A stretch of 61,646 bases of DNA from NCBI GenBank assembly GCA_003171065.1, contig PMXQ01000089.1:3325-64970 (forward strand). Reading direction: 5' to 3'. The stretch comes from Chloroflexota bacterium. GTDB lineage: Bacteria; Chloroflexota; Limnocylindria; Limnocylindrales; CSP1-4. Made by a program: the position numbers and the translations under genes. The notes under the pieces were generated by a model, which ran no database searches, was not told where the DNA came from, and saw only the letters and a list, made by a program, of their open reading frames with translations. Shown piece after piece: positions 9,229 to 18,814 of this stretch. The first letter of the stretch is position 1, and each line of letters opens with the position of its first letter.

Positions 9229-9899
9229 GGCGCGGAGGCGGGGGTCGATACGTCTATGGCAGCGGCCGTCAGCAGGTGTTGGAAGCTGGTGATGACCATG
9301 TCCGCGTCCTTGAGGTTCGCGGGTTTGCCAATGCCGACGCTGCCCATGCCGCCGCGCCGCGCCGCTTCGATGCCCGCTTCGGCGTCTTCAAACACGACGC
9401 AGTCCTCGAACGGGATGCCCAGCTCCGACGCGGCCCGGGTGAAGATCTCGGGGTCTGGCTTTGCCTTCGAGACCCTGGTACCGTCGATGACGACCTCGAA
9501 CAAGCAGGCGATCTTGAGGCGGTCGAGGATCAGCGGTGCGTTCTTGCTGGCAGAGGCCAGGGCGATCTTCACGCCCTTGCTCTTGAGGTAGTCGATGTAG
9601 TCGACCGCGCCGGGGAAGATCTCGTGCGGGTCCATCTTGCTGATGTACTCGACGTACCACTCGTTCTTGCGGGTCGCCATCGACTCACGTTCACCTTCGC
9701 TGGCGTCGAGCCCGCCAATCTCCAGCAGGATCTCGAGCGAGCGAACGCGACTCACGCCCTTGAGCCTCTCGTTCTGCTCCTCGGAGAAATCGAAGCCGAG
9801 CTCGTTGGCCAGCCGCTTCCACGCCAGGTAGTGGTACTTGGCCGTGTCAACGATGACCCCGTCAAGGTCGAAGATGGCTGCTCGCATCGTCCTGGTCAC
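9225..9899 (-). CDS. pgmB: Beta-phosphoglucomutase (HAD superfamily)
   Basis: HAD motif I FDLDGVIVDT, plus YHYLAWKRLANELG and RLKGVSRVRSLEILL, typical of beta-PGM. Convergent with the GH65 gene; the 3-prime ends overlap by 4 nt. Confidence 0.9.
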   Translation of the reverse strand: MTRTMRAAIFDLDGVIVDTAKYHYLAWKRLANELGFDFSEEQNERLKGVSRVRSLEILLEIGGLDASEGERESMATRKNEWYVEYISKMDPHEIFPGAVDYIDYLKSKGVKIALASASKNAPLILDRLKIACLFEVVIDGTRVSKAKPDPEIFTRAASELGIPFEDCVVFEDAEAGIEAARRGGMGSVGIGKPANLKDADMVITSFQHLLTAAAIDVSTPASAP

Positions 9900-10204
9900 T
9901 TGTCCTTGCCCCTGCTGGAGACGGTTGTCATTGGCGTCGCTTCTTCAGGCGGCCGGGTTCGTCCCACGGGTTCCAGCTGTCTGCCTGAAGTGGACCGCTC
10001 GCCCGAAAGGTCGGGGTCAGCGCGAACCCGGGTGATGATACACAGGTCCCCCGAGTCGGGCAGTCGGCCAGAGAAGAGTCGGCCCCCCGACATATGACCG
10101 CGGCTTCGCCGCCACGACCGCTCAGCTGCTGTCCACAGACCGGCGCACTCCGCTCCGGCAGGCGGTCGAACTCGCCTGAGGCTGTGATCTCCAAACCTGG
10201 CAGC

Positions 10205-12196
10205 TTAACTGGCCCCGTCGATGACGGCGAGGATATCCGGACCGTAGCGCTCGAGCTTCATAGGGCCCATGCCTCGGACGCGGCGGAGTGCCGGCAGGGA
10301 GCGCGGGCGCACGTCGGCGATCTCGGCGAGCGTGGTGTCGTGGGCGACGACGTATGCCGGCACGCCATCCGTGGATGCGCGCTCGCGGCGCCAGCGGCGG
10401 AGCGCCTCGAGCAGGCCATCGTCGGGGACCGCGGCCGTGGCCATCGGCGCGCCGGGCAGAACGCGGACGCGGCCGGCCGCCCGGCCCGCAGTTCCGCCCG
10501 CCACGCCACGCGCCGCGCGGGGTGTGACCGCCCGCGGCGGCTCGAGAGCCACGAGGAACCGCGACGGGCGGCGCGACGACGATGACAAAGCGAGGAACCG
10601 CCGCGCGCGGGTGATCCCGACATAGAGCAGGCGGCGCTCCTCGGCGATCTCCTCGTCCTCCTTCGCCTGGCGGATCGGCAGCAGACCCTCGTCGAGCGCC
10701 GGCAAGTAGACGGCATCCCATTCGAGGCCCTTCGCGCGGTGGTAGGTCAGCAGGTTCACGCCGTCCGCGGAGTCGGTAGCCTCCGCCACCTGGCGGCGGT
10801 CGAGCTCGGCGAGGACGGCGTCGACGGCAAGCGCCGGGTCGGCGGCCGCGAGGTCCTCCAGGATGCCGAGCAGCAGCTCGAGCGAGGCCGCTCGCTCGCG
10901 GCCTTCGGAGCCCGCATCGGCGGCGACGTCGTCCAGCCCCAGCCGCTCGACGAACAGCCGCTCGACGGCGGCCACGAGCGCGCCGCCCGTCTCGGCTGGC
11001 CGGTCTCGCCGCAATAGCCGCAGCGCCTCACGGACCTCGCGCCGGTCGAAGAACCGCTGGCCGCGAACGGTGAACCCGATGCCGGCGCGCGTCAGCGCAT
11101 CCTCGATGGCCGGCAGCTGGGCGTTGACACGGACGAGAACCGCCGTCTCCGCCGGCGCGACTTCAGCCGCACCGACGGCGCGACACCAGGCGACGATCTC
11201 GCGCAGCTCGGCCTCGGCATCCGCGAAACGATGAACGGCTGGCCGCGGTCCCTCCGGCCGGGTTGCCCGCAACGCGCCGCGTGGGCCGCCGGCCACGAGC
11301 CGGTTGGCGAGCTCGAGGATCTGCGGGCTCGAGCGGTAGTTCTCGGCCAGCGTAACGGTGCGCGCGCCGGGATGGCGGTCGGCGAAGCCCAGCAAGAACT
11401 CCGGCGTGGCGCCGGTGAAGGTGTAGATCGTCTGGTCCGGGTCGCCGACCACCGCCAGATCGCGCGACTCGCCGAGCCACAGCTCGAGGAGCCGTTCGGA
11501 CAGCGGATTCGTGTCCTGGTATTCGTCGACGCTGAACCAGCGCTTGCGCGATCGAACCAGCGCGGCCGCCTCGGCGTCGGCCTCGAGCAGCTCGACCGTC
11601 TGCACGAGCATGTCCTCGAAGTCGAGCAGGCCGGCCTCCGACTTCGACCGCTCGTAGTCGCGGTAGACGCGGGCGAACAGGTCGGCCGGGATCGGCGCTC
11701 GATCGCCGCCTTCGTGGACCCACCGCGCGGGCCGGATCCGGCGCACCTTCGCCCATTCGATCGTGTCGGCCATGTCCTTCGCCGGCGTGAAGCGATAGCC
11801 GCCCGGCAGCCGGCCGATGAGTGGCACGAGCAGGCGAAGCTTCGAGTCGAGGACCGCCGGCAGCGGCGCTCCGTCGTGGCGGCCCGGCCAGAAGTGGCGC
11901 AGCTGGGCGAGCGCCGCGGCGTGGAACGTGCGGGCCATGACGCCGCGGTGGCCGAGCGTCGTCATCCGCCCCACCATCTCGCCCGCGGCCTTGTCCGTGA
12001 AGGTCACCAGCAGGATCTGGTCCGGCGGGACCGCGCCCGTTTCGATAGCGTACGCCGCCCGCCGGCTGATGACCCGCGTCTTGCCCGAGCCGGCGCCGGC
12101 GATGATCGCGAGCGGGCCCGAGGTCGCGGTAACGGCCTCGCGCTGCGATGGGTTGAGATCTTCGAGCAGGCGTTCGACGGGGAGCGCGGCGGTCAA
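10205..12196 (-). CDS. uvrD2: UvrD/PcrA-family ATP-dependent DNA helicase with C-terminal HRDC domain (UvrD2 type)
   Basis: 663 aa. Walker A is AGAGSGKT and SF1 helicase motifs run throughout. The C-terminal LLEALRRWRRERA...VPAYVVAHDTTLAEIA...LRRVRGMGPMKLERYG is an HRDC domain. Confidence 0.9.
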   Translation of the reverse strand: MTAALPVERLLEDLNPSQREAVTATSGPLAIIAGAGSGKTRVISRRAAYAIETGAVPPDQILLVTFTDKAAGEMVGRMTTLGHRGVMARTFHAAALAQLRHFWPGRHDGAPLPAVLDSKLRLLVPLIGRLPGGYRFTPAKDMADTIEWAKVRRIRPARWVHEGGDRAPIPADLFARVYRDYERSKSEAGLLDFEDMLVQTVELLEADAEAAALVRSRKRWFSVDEYQDTNPLSERLLELWLGESRDLAVVGDPDQTIYTFTGATPEFLLGFADRHPGARTVTLAENYRSSPQILELANRLVAGGPRGALRATRPEGPRPAVHRFADAEAELREIVAWCRAVGAAEVAPAETAVLVRVNAQLPAIEDALTRAGIGFTVRGQRFFDRREVREALRLLRRDRPAETGGALVAAVERLFVERLGLDDVAADAGSEGRERAASLELLLGILEDLAAADPALAVDAVLAELDRRQVAEATDSADGVNLLTYHRAKGLEWDAVYLPALDEGLLPIRQAKEDEEIAEERRLLYVGITRARRFLALSSSSRRPSRFLVALEPPRAVTPRAARGVAGGTAGRAAGRVRVLPGAPMATAAVPDDGLLEALRRWRRERASTDGVPAYVVAHDTTLAEIADVRPRSLPALRRVRGMGPMKLERYGPDILAVIDGAS

Positions 12197-12367
12197 CGAT
12201 CCGACCTCGAGGAGGACCAGCCTCCAACGACGCGAGGCTCGGACCGGAGCTTACCAGCCGGCCGTTCGTTCCCGCTTACCGCCAACAGCCACCGTGATCA
12301 TGACATTGACGATGGCCCGCGCCCATGATGACGCCATGAGCGACGACCCACCGGCTACACTCAAGGC

Positions 12368-12826
12368 ATGGATGACGAGACGTTGTCCGTGGGCCGAGTC
12401 GCGATGGGGGCTGCCTGCGCCATCTTCGATAACGCGGGTCGCATCCTCCTAGTCCACCACACCTACGGCCGGCTGAACTGGGAGCTCCCGGGCGGTGGCT
12501 CAACTCCCAGCGAGGCCCCCGACCAGACGGCCGAGCGCGAACTCCTCGAAGAGACCGGTCTGCGCGCCGACCTGGACCGCCTCACCGGTGTCTATTTCGA
12601 GCCTGACCATGACTTCGGTCCGATGCTCCATTTCGTCTTTCGGTTCCGGTGGCACGACCGCCTCGCGCCGGCCGTCTCCTCCCCAGAGATCGACGACGCC
12701 CGCTACTGGTCCCTCGATGCCCTCCCAAGACCGATCTCGGACTTCACCGAGCGCCGGGTGCTTGATGCTGCCGCTGAGTCTGCCGTCCGCGTATCGACAG
12801 TCCCTACTCGGCAGTGGCGAGAATGA
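12368..12826 (+). CDS. NUDIX hydrolase
   Basis: Complete Nudix box GGGSTPSEAPDQTAERELLEETGL (Gx5Ex7REUxEExGU). Confidence 0.85.
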   Translation: MDDETLSVGRVAMGAACAIFDNAGRILLVHHTYGRLNWELPGGGSTPSEAPDQTAERELLEETGLRADLDRLTGVYFEPDHDFGPMLHFVFRFRWHDRLAPAVSSPEIDDARYWSLDALPRPISDFTERRVLDAAAESAVRVSTVPTRQWRE

Positions 12827-13227
12827 ATAACTCGGCTCGGGGGCTCCGCTCTGTCAAGAACGCGCGTAGAGACGGTCAGGGAAGAACCCCCGCTGTCTCG
12901 AACTCTATGGAATAGAGACTCCAGCCCGATTGGCGCCCCTGCAGCTCGCAGGCACCCCTGACGCGACTCGGCCCTTGACGATCTCTCCGCCTCGGTCGGG
13001 GTCGCCATGGGCTGGCTCCGGTCCCCTTTGCGGGCCGGATGGCCGACACTGCGAGACGGTTCGTGGGCGCAGGCCGCAGATGTGCACTGCCAGCCAGTAA
13101 TGCCGCGGCCGTGCAGGATCGGTGAGCAAACCGCCCTGCAATCCCCCAGAATTGCTGACCGCACCGGTTTGCATTGGCCATAGGACCGAGACAACTCTCC
13201 ATTTGAGCAGCGAAGAGGGATCTTCCA

Positions 13228-13824
13228 GTGCGTCGTCTACTCCTGATCGTGCTGGGAAGCTCGATCCTGTTCTCGGCATGCACCTCGCCCGCCCAGACCG
13301 CGGCGCCAACTCCAACCCCAGCTCCAACCCCAGCCCCAACGCCGATACCCTCGCCAACCGTTGCGCCAGCCGACGCCGGCTGGATCGTCGTGGCCCCTCC
13401 CGGAGATGGCTTCACGTCCAAGTTCCCCGGTGAACCCAATCTGACAACGACGACAACAACGACCAAGGAGGGACCCACCCCGATGTCGGTCTGGGAGTAC
13501 CTTGCGAGCACGGACCTGGACTACAACGTTGCGATGTGGCAGTACCCAGCCGGATCGACGACGGGAATGGCCGCCGCCGCGATCTATGACGGCACCATCA
13601 CCGGCATGGACTCGACCAACCACCTGACCCTGAGCACGCAGACTGATAACAGTCTCAACGGGCACGCCGGCCGAGCCTTCACCCTCAGCGGCGCGTCGTA
13701 CGCGCTCCAGGGAGAATTGGTTCTCGTCGGCGACAACCTCTACATGGTCTACGGGACATACGCACCGACGGTCGACACAGCGGGGGTCACTGCGTTCCTG
13801 GCCGACTTCCAGCTAACCACCTGA
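13228..13824 (+). CDS. Exported lipoprotein of unknown function
   Basis: Signal peptide with lipobox (LGSSILFSAC), followed by a Pro/Thr/Ala-rich linker (TPTPAPTPAPTPIPSP). Confidence 0.6.
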   Translation: MRRLLLIVLGSSILFSACTSPAQTAAPTPTPAPTPAPTPIPSPTVAPADAGWIVVAPPGDGFTSKFPGEPNLTTTTTTTKEGPTPMSVWEYLASTDLDYNVAMWQYPAGSTTGMAAAAIYDGTITGMDSTNHLTLSTQTDNSLNGHAGRAFTLSGASYALQGELVLVGDNLYMVYGTYAPTVDTAGVTAFLADFQLTT

Positions 13825-14502
13825 GTCGATTTCGAACTGGCACTGTCGCGCCGGACGCCTCGCGGTCCCCCGGCGCTTCACTGCCACGCCCGGCATGGGC
13901 AGCAGTAAGGGTATCGGTGCTGCCCTCGAAGGGCTGGGTTGTCGGGAACCACGCTCGAGCCGGTAGGCTGTCGGTTCCGACTCTATGGCAGCGTCATGCC
14001 CGCCTCGGGAACGTCTCGGTCCTACCACGCCGGCCTCGATCGTTCGTGGCCCGGGCCTCTGGCGAACCCGAATGCCGGCCGCGAGGCCATCCGCCCCAGT
14101 GTGTCTAGGTCAGCTGAGTCTGCCCACGTGGCGCGCCAGACGAGTCTCGGAGACCGCCGCGGCGATGCCACGAAGTCCGAGGATGTCAACCGGCTCTCGG
14201 CGGAGCGGAGCACCGATAGTCCGTATGACCCCTTCATCGGACCCGCTCCGTCCCCCGTCCGCGGGTACTCGTGGCGGGTGAACGACACGCGCGTCGATCC
14301 CACTCGGGTGAGCAACGTGCAACAGCCTTCTGCCACAGCCGGCCATCCGCAGCTTCAGATATGCTGGCCCAAGCCTGAGCCGCCCAGCATCCGCGGCACC
14401 TTTGTGCAGCCTGCGCGCACGCTGGTCGCCTACCCTGCGCAGAGTGGAGGAGATCCCGCGGTGCCCGAGCGGAACGCATCGACGAGAGCTGGCGAGCCGC
14501 GA

Positions 14503-15813
14503 GTGCACTCCGACCGGCCTGTCGATCCCAAGGCAGTCGAGCTACGGGCCGAGAGGAACTCACTAAAGCGCCTCGGCAAGGCCCTTGGTCCGGGCCTGAT
14601 CACTGGGGCATCTGACGACGATCCGTCGGGCATCGGGACCTACGCTCAGGCTGGCGCCCAGTACGGCTTTGCCACGCTCTGGACGACCATCGCGATGCTG
14701 CCGATGCAGACGGCCGTGCAGTACATGTGCGCCAAGATCGGTCTGGTGACCGGCAAAGGTTTGGCGGGCGTGCTGCGCGAGCACTACCACCGGGCCCTCT
14801 ATCCGGCGGTGATCGGCCTGGTCATTGCTAACACCCTGAACGCCGGCGCGGACATCGGTGCGATAGCGGCGGCTATGAATCTGCTCGTGCCGCCGATCCC
14901 GTCGATCGTCTTCGTCGTGCCGGTCAGCTTCGGGATAATCGCCCTTCAGGTCTTCGGAGGCTACCGCCTCATAGACAGGGTCTTCAAGTGGCTGTCCCTG
15001 GCCCTGCTGGCCTACATCGGAGCGGCCCTCTTTGCACGGCCCGACCTAGTCAAGGTCTTGCTTGGGTCTCTGATCCCGACCATCTCTCTCGACCCGGCAT
15101 ACATCGGCATTCTCGTCGCCCTGCTCGGCACCACGATCTCGCCCTACCTCTTCTTCTGGCAGGCCAGCCAGGAGGTCGAGGAACAGATCAGCATGGGGCG
15201 GCGCGTCCTCCGACACCGCCAGGGAGCCACGGGCCTTGAGCTCAAATACGCACTGTGGGACACGATTGCGGGGATGGTCTTCTCGGAGATCGTGGCGTAT
15301 TTCATCATCCTCACTACGGGTGCCACACTGTTCGTGGCGGGCAAGCACGACGTTGTATCGGCAACGGAGGCGGCCCAGGCGTTGCGTCCGCTGGCCGGCG
15401 ATGCGTCCGCGCTCCTGCTCGCCATCGGGCTCATCGGAGCCGGTGTGCTGGCAGTGCCAGTGCTCACCGGGTCAGCGGCGTATGGCGTTTCCGAGGCTTT
15501 CGGCTGGCGATCCGGCCTAGATCACAAGCTCATTCGGGCGCCGCAGTTCTACCTTGTCATCGTCGCAGCGACGCTTGTCGGAGTGGCGATCAACTTCCTG
15601 GGGATCAATCCCATTACGGCCCTCGTACTGAGCGCCGTGCTGAACGGCCTTATCGCCGTGCCGTTGATCTTCCTCGTTATGCTCGTCTGTAACGATCGCG
15701 CGGCGATGGGACAGCGGACCAACGGCCCTCTTCTGAATATCATCGGGTGGGTCACGACGATCGTCATGGGCGTCGCCGCCGTCGGCCTGATCGTGACGAC
15801 GATAGTCGGCTAG
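14503..15813 (+). CDS. NRAMP-family divalent metal cation transporter
   Basis: LGPGLITGASDDDPSGIGTYAQAGAQYGF plus multiple TM segments. The start is uncertain; I chose in-frame GTG 14503. The 190 aa upstream in the track ORF (from 13939) are R/S/P-rich and look non-coding. Confidence 0.8.
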   Translation: MHSDRPVDPKAVELRAERNSLKRLGKALGPGLITGASDDDPSGIGTYAQAGAQYGFATLWTTIAMLPMQTAVQYMCAKIGLVTGKGLAGVLREHYHRALYPAVIGLVIANTLNAGADIGAIAAAMNLLVPPIPSIVFVVPVSFGIIALQVFGGYRLIDRVFKWLSLALLAYIGAALFARPDLVKVLLGSLIPTISLDPAYIGILVALLGTTISPYLFFWQASQEVEEQISMGRRVLRHRQGATGLELKYALWDTIAGMVFSEIVAYFIILTTGATLFVAGKHDVVSATEAAQALRPLAGDASALLLAIGLIGAGVLAVPVLTGSAAYGVSEAFGWRSGLDHKLIRAPQFYLVIVAATLVGVAINFLGINPITALVLSAVLNGLIAVPLIFLVMLVCNDRAAMGQRTNGPLLNIIGWVTTIVMGVAAVGLIVTTIVG

Positions 15814-15969
15814 ACGGCAAGCGGTCCGAGCAGGGCCGTGGTGGTTCCTCGCCGGCTAGGCCGGAGTTGCGGGCTTCTTGGTGCTCGAGGCGCCTGCTCG
15901 CGAGCGTGGTCGTGCCTCGAGCCTGGACGCTGACTCAGACGATCAGGATCCTATTCGCGGGAACGTGAG

Positions 15970-16995
15970 CTAGCTCCGGACCCTCCGTCGCTCCGCCTCA
16001 ACGACCGCCAGACCCAGCCCGCCCGAGACGAGGAGGATCAGTAGTGCGAACAGCGGCGGAGTCGAGTCATTGCTCGAACCATTGCTGACGGTGCTGGTGG
16101 GCGGCGGTGTCGTAGTCCGTCCCGGCGTAGCCGACCCACTAGCGGTCGGGCTGGACGTAGCCGACCCAGTAGCGGTCGGGCTGGACGTAGCCGACCCAGT
16201 AGCAGTCGGGCTGGGCGTAGCCGCGCTGAGGGCTTTGTTGACCAGGCTGGCGGAGCAGATGACCAGGGATCCACCGCCGTTGGCCGAGCCATTGCACTGG
16301 TTGACCGCAAAGGCGAGGGCCGAGGCCATCGTGCCGGCAGCGGTGCAGGTCATTTGCACGAGGGTCCCGCCATTGGCCGAGCCATTGCACTGGGTGATCG
16401 CAGCACTGGTTGTGGTGGCCGGGAAGGGGCTACAGCCGGTCGTGATGCCCCCGCCGGAACCGACGCATTGGTTCACCGAGGCGGCCGTCGCACCGGGGCT
16501 GACGCCGTAGAAGTTGTTCGTTACCAGGACGCTGCAGCGGAGCGTGCCGCCGCCGCCGTTGATCGAGTTATTGCACTGAGTGACCGCGGTGACTGGCTCA
16601 CTCAGGACGATCGTCTTCGTCGAGCAAGAGAAGCCGCCGCCGCCGCTTCCATCAGTGGGGGCGCCCGCAGAGCCGAGACACTCGTGGACCGTGACCGTCG
16701 CGGATCCGCCGCCGGCGGTGATCGTGTTGACGATGGTGACCTCGCAGATCAGGCCCCTACCGCCGAGGTCGCCGAGACCCAAGCCGCATGTCGTGGTCGG
16801 AGCGATCACCGTAGCCGCGGCAGCGGGCGAGGGGGCGATGAATGATGGAACGGCCAGCAGCGCGAAGGCGAACAGGCCTGGGAAGAAGAAGGCGAGCGGG
16901 GTGATGCGACGGCGGTGCGTCCGCACCGTTTCCTGACCCGCGGCTTCCGCGGGTTCTTGGGTGACGACCGTCCAGTCGATCTTGTCGATTGTCAT
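15970..16995 (-). CDS. Secreted Cys-pair repeat protein with C-terminal hydrophobic anchor
   Basis: N-terminal TM/signal segment and six or more ~30-aa repeats of the form (V/I)xQC(N/V)GSxNGG...C. Then a PTATGSATSS x3 linker and the C-terminal LFALLILLVSGGLGLAVVEAERRRVRS. Start placed at ATG 16995 (MTIDKIDW); the track starts at 17037. Confidence 0.6.
   Translation of the reverse strand: MTIDKIDWTVVTQEPAEAAGQETVRTHRRRITPLAFFFPGLFAFALLAVPSFIAPSPAAAATVIAPTTTCGLGLGDLGGRGLICEVTIVNTITAGGGSATVTVHECLGSAGAPTDGSGGGGFSCSTKTIVLSEPVTAVTQCNNSINGGGGTLRCSVLVTNNFYGVSPGATAASVNQCVGSGGGITTGCSPFPATTTSAAITQCNGSANGGTLVQMTCTAAGTMASALAFAVNQCNGSANGGGSLVICSASLVNKALSAATPSPTATGSATSSPTATGSATSSPTASGSATPGRTTTPPPTSTVSNGSSNDSTPPLFALLILLVSGGLGLAVVEAERRRVRS
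16126..16222. repeat. 30-bp in-frame tandem repeat (x3.2) encoding PTATGSATSS
   Basis: GTAGCCGACCCAGTAGCGGTCGGGCTGGAC repeated head-to-tail inside the Cys-repeat protein gene. Confidence 0.85.
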
Positions 16996-17086
16996 GGCTT
17001 GCTCTTTCCACTTCAAGCATTCAGTCAAGCGGGGCAACCAAGCCCACCGCCGGGTACGCTACGGCCACCACCGCAGTTTGAGATTA

Positions 17087-17141
17087 GGCTGGATCTGGCG
17101 CCTGCCGCGAGGATGAAAACCCTCCCTCTCGACTGAAGTCG
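17087..17141 (-). promoter_or_regulatory. Conserved 55-nt upstream element, copy A
   Basis: 49/55 nt identical to 18760-18814 by hand alignment. Lies upstream of the minus-strand Cys-repeat protein gene. Confidence 0.4.
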
Positions 17142-17459
17142 GAGGTGGCTCCCAGCCGGAGTAACGTCGCGCGTCGGCCAGGGCGGCGGGCATCTCCGCG
17201 GCGTGCCCGAGCAAGCTCGACAACGACGCCGCCAAGCGCCCACTAGCAGAGGTCTCTCCTACCTCACGTTGCTGGGGCTACCCCGATGCGTATCGCAGAC
17301 GTAACGCTTGTGCAGTCCGTACGCCGTTCCGCCGGTGCGCTTGAGAAGATGCTGCTGTCTTCGCCCTCGCGGGGGCCTCGGGCTCATGGAAGATCGCCGG
17401 ATCGGATTGGGTGGTCACGAGTCAGATCGGCTGGTGGCCGTTGTGTCGCTCTTCGCAAG

Positions 17460-17897
17460 CTAGAGCCCGGCCGACGGAACCAGCCCAAAGGACCCCGGGT
17501 ATCCGTAGTAGGGGTACAGCTCCAAGAGGTAGTTCACATCGATAGCGACGAGGTCTGGGTCGTAGCGAGGGGCGCCGGCCACATGCTCGAGAGTGTGGCT
17601 GATGTAGACCTCGTCAGCGGTCATCCGCGTGATCGCATCGACGGGGATGAAGGACTTGCTATCGCCGAAGCCCAAGATTCCACCTGAAGCGACTTCCATG
17701 AAGCGGACCTTCCATTTGACATCGTCGACCAGGAGGTCTTGGATCCTGCCAAGGTCCAGGCCGTTCTTGTCCTTGACCATCCGCCCCCGGATGTCTACAT
17801 CAGAGCTCGAGACGGCGCGGTCGATGTCGCGCAGTCTGCTGAGCGTAGGCACCTTCCTGGCGTGGTCGCGATGGACCGCTGTCTTCTTGACGGTCAT
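17460..17897 (-). CDS. PRC-barrel domain protein
   Basis: 145 aa from MTVKKTAV. DIRGRMVKDKNGLDLGRIQDLLVDDVKWKVRFMEVASGG is PRC-barrel-like. The track ORF is over-extended to 18113. Confidence 0.7.
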   Translation of the reverse strand: MTVKKTAVHRDHARKVPTLSRLRDIDRAVSSSDVDIRGRMVKDKNGLDLGRIQDLLVDDVKWKVRFMEVASGGILGFGDSKSFIPVDAITRMTADEVYISHTLEHVAGAPRYDPDLVAIDVNYLLELYPYYGYPGSFGLVPSAGL

Positions 17898-17952
17898 GAG
17901 CGCAGCCTCCTGAACACGATGCGACGGTCGCATCGGTATCGCCGCCCCGGTC

Positions 17953-18462
17953 CTAGTCGGCCTCAAGGGCGGCGTTGATCTCCTTGGTGGCCTCATCGGA
18001 GAGGGAAGTCTTGAGGACCTCGCCACCGAGCGGGGCCAGGGCGGCCAGGGCCTTGTCCTCGGTCCACTTCTTGACAAAGAGGACGAGCGCTGCGGTACCT
18101 GGCTTGAGGACATCCTGCGACCGCTGGCGGAAGTCGTCCTTGATGCCCCAACCGGTCAGGGTGCCCATGACTGCGCCGAGGATTCCGCCGATGATCAGGC
18201 CGCCCACGGGGACCAGAAAGAGGAGGCCGAAGAGCAGGCCGAAGAAGCTGCCCATGAAGGCGCCTGAGCTGGTCGCTCCGGTCTTGGTCACCATCTTGGC
18301 CTTGCCGTCGGCGTCCTTGGCCACGACGGCCGCCCCCGCGACCTGCATGATCAGGTCGTGCTGGAGCTGGACCACGACCTCATACGCCTTCTCCGCGGTG
18401 GCCTCATCGGGGTAGCCGATGACGACAAGATCCACGCCATCTGTCACTGGGTTCTCCATCAT
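17953..18462 (-). CDS. DUF1269-family membrane protein (stress-associated)
   Basis: 169 aa with an N-terminal soluble region, a Gly-rich double TM (FFGLLFGLLFLVPVGGLIIGGILGAVMG) and a C-terminal domain, as in DUF1269. Confidence 0.7.
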   Translation of the reverse strand: MMENPVTDGVDLVVIGYPDEATAEKAYEVVVQLQHDLIMQVAGAAVVAKDADGKAKMVTKTGATSSGAFMGSFFGLLFGLLFLVPVGGLIIGGILGAVMGTLTGWGIKDDFRQRSQDVLKPGTAALVLFVKKWTEDKALAALAPLGGEVLKTSLSDEATKEINAALEAD

Positions 18463-18518
18463 GCTTTTGTGCTGGCTTGCCGATTCTCGCCTGTCGAAGT
18501 CATGCGATCGTCAGAGGG

Positions 18519-18692
18519 TCAGGGCCGTCGGACGGCGTTCTGGATGTCGCCCAAGCCCTGCTGGGCGCTGCCTTGGACCTGCTTGGCCTTGCCCTTGGCC
18601 TCCTCGTGCCTGTCGCCGGTCAACTTACCAAGCCCCTCCTCGATCTGGCCCTTAGCCTTGTTGGTAGCGCCTTTAGTGTTCAGATCGGTCAT
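18519..18692 (-). CDS. CsbD-family general stress protein
   Basis: 57 aa, MTDLNTKGATNKAKGQIEEGLGKLTGDRHEEAKGKAKQVQG. A GAGGAG Shine-Dalgarno lies upstream. The track ORF is over-extended to 19088. Confidence 0.8.
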   Translation of the reverse strand: MTDLNTKGATNKAKGQIEEGLGKLTGDRHEEAKGKAKQVQGSAQQGLGDIQNAVRRP

Positions 18693-18759
18693 CTCGGTAC
18701 TCCTCAACGACGTTCTTGCCCAGGTCAGGGGCAAATCCACATGCTGTTCCTTGAGTCTG

Positions 18760-18814
18760 GGCTGGATCGGGCGCCGGCCGCGAGGATGAGAACCCTCCCG
18801 CTCGTTTGAAGTCG
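18760..18814 (-). promoter_or_regulatory. Conserved 55-nt upstream element, copy B
   Basis: Same element as 17087-17141. Sits ~65 nt upstream of the csbD ATG, at the head of the csbD-DUF1269-PRC operon. Confidence 0.4.
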
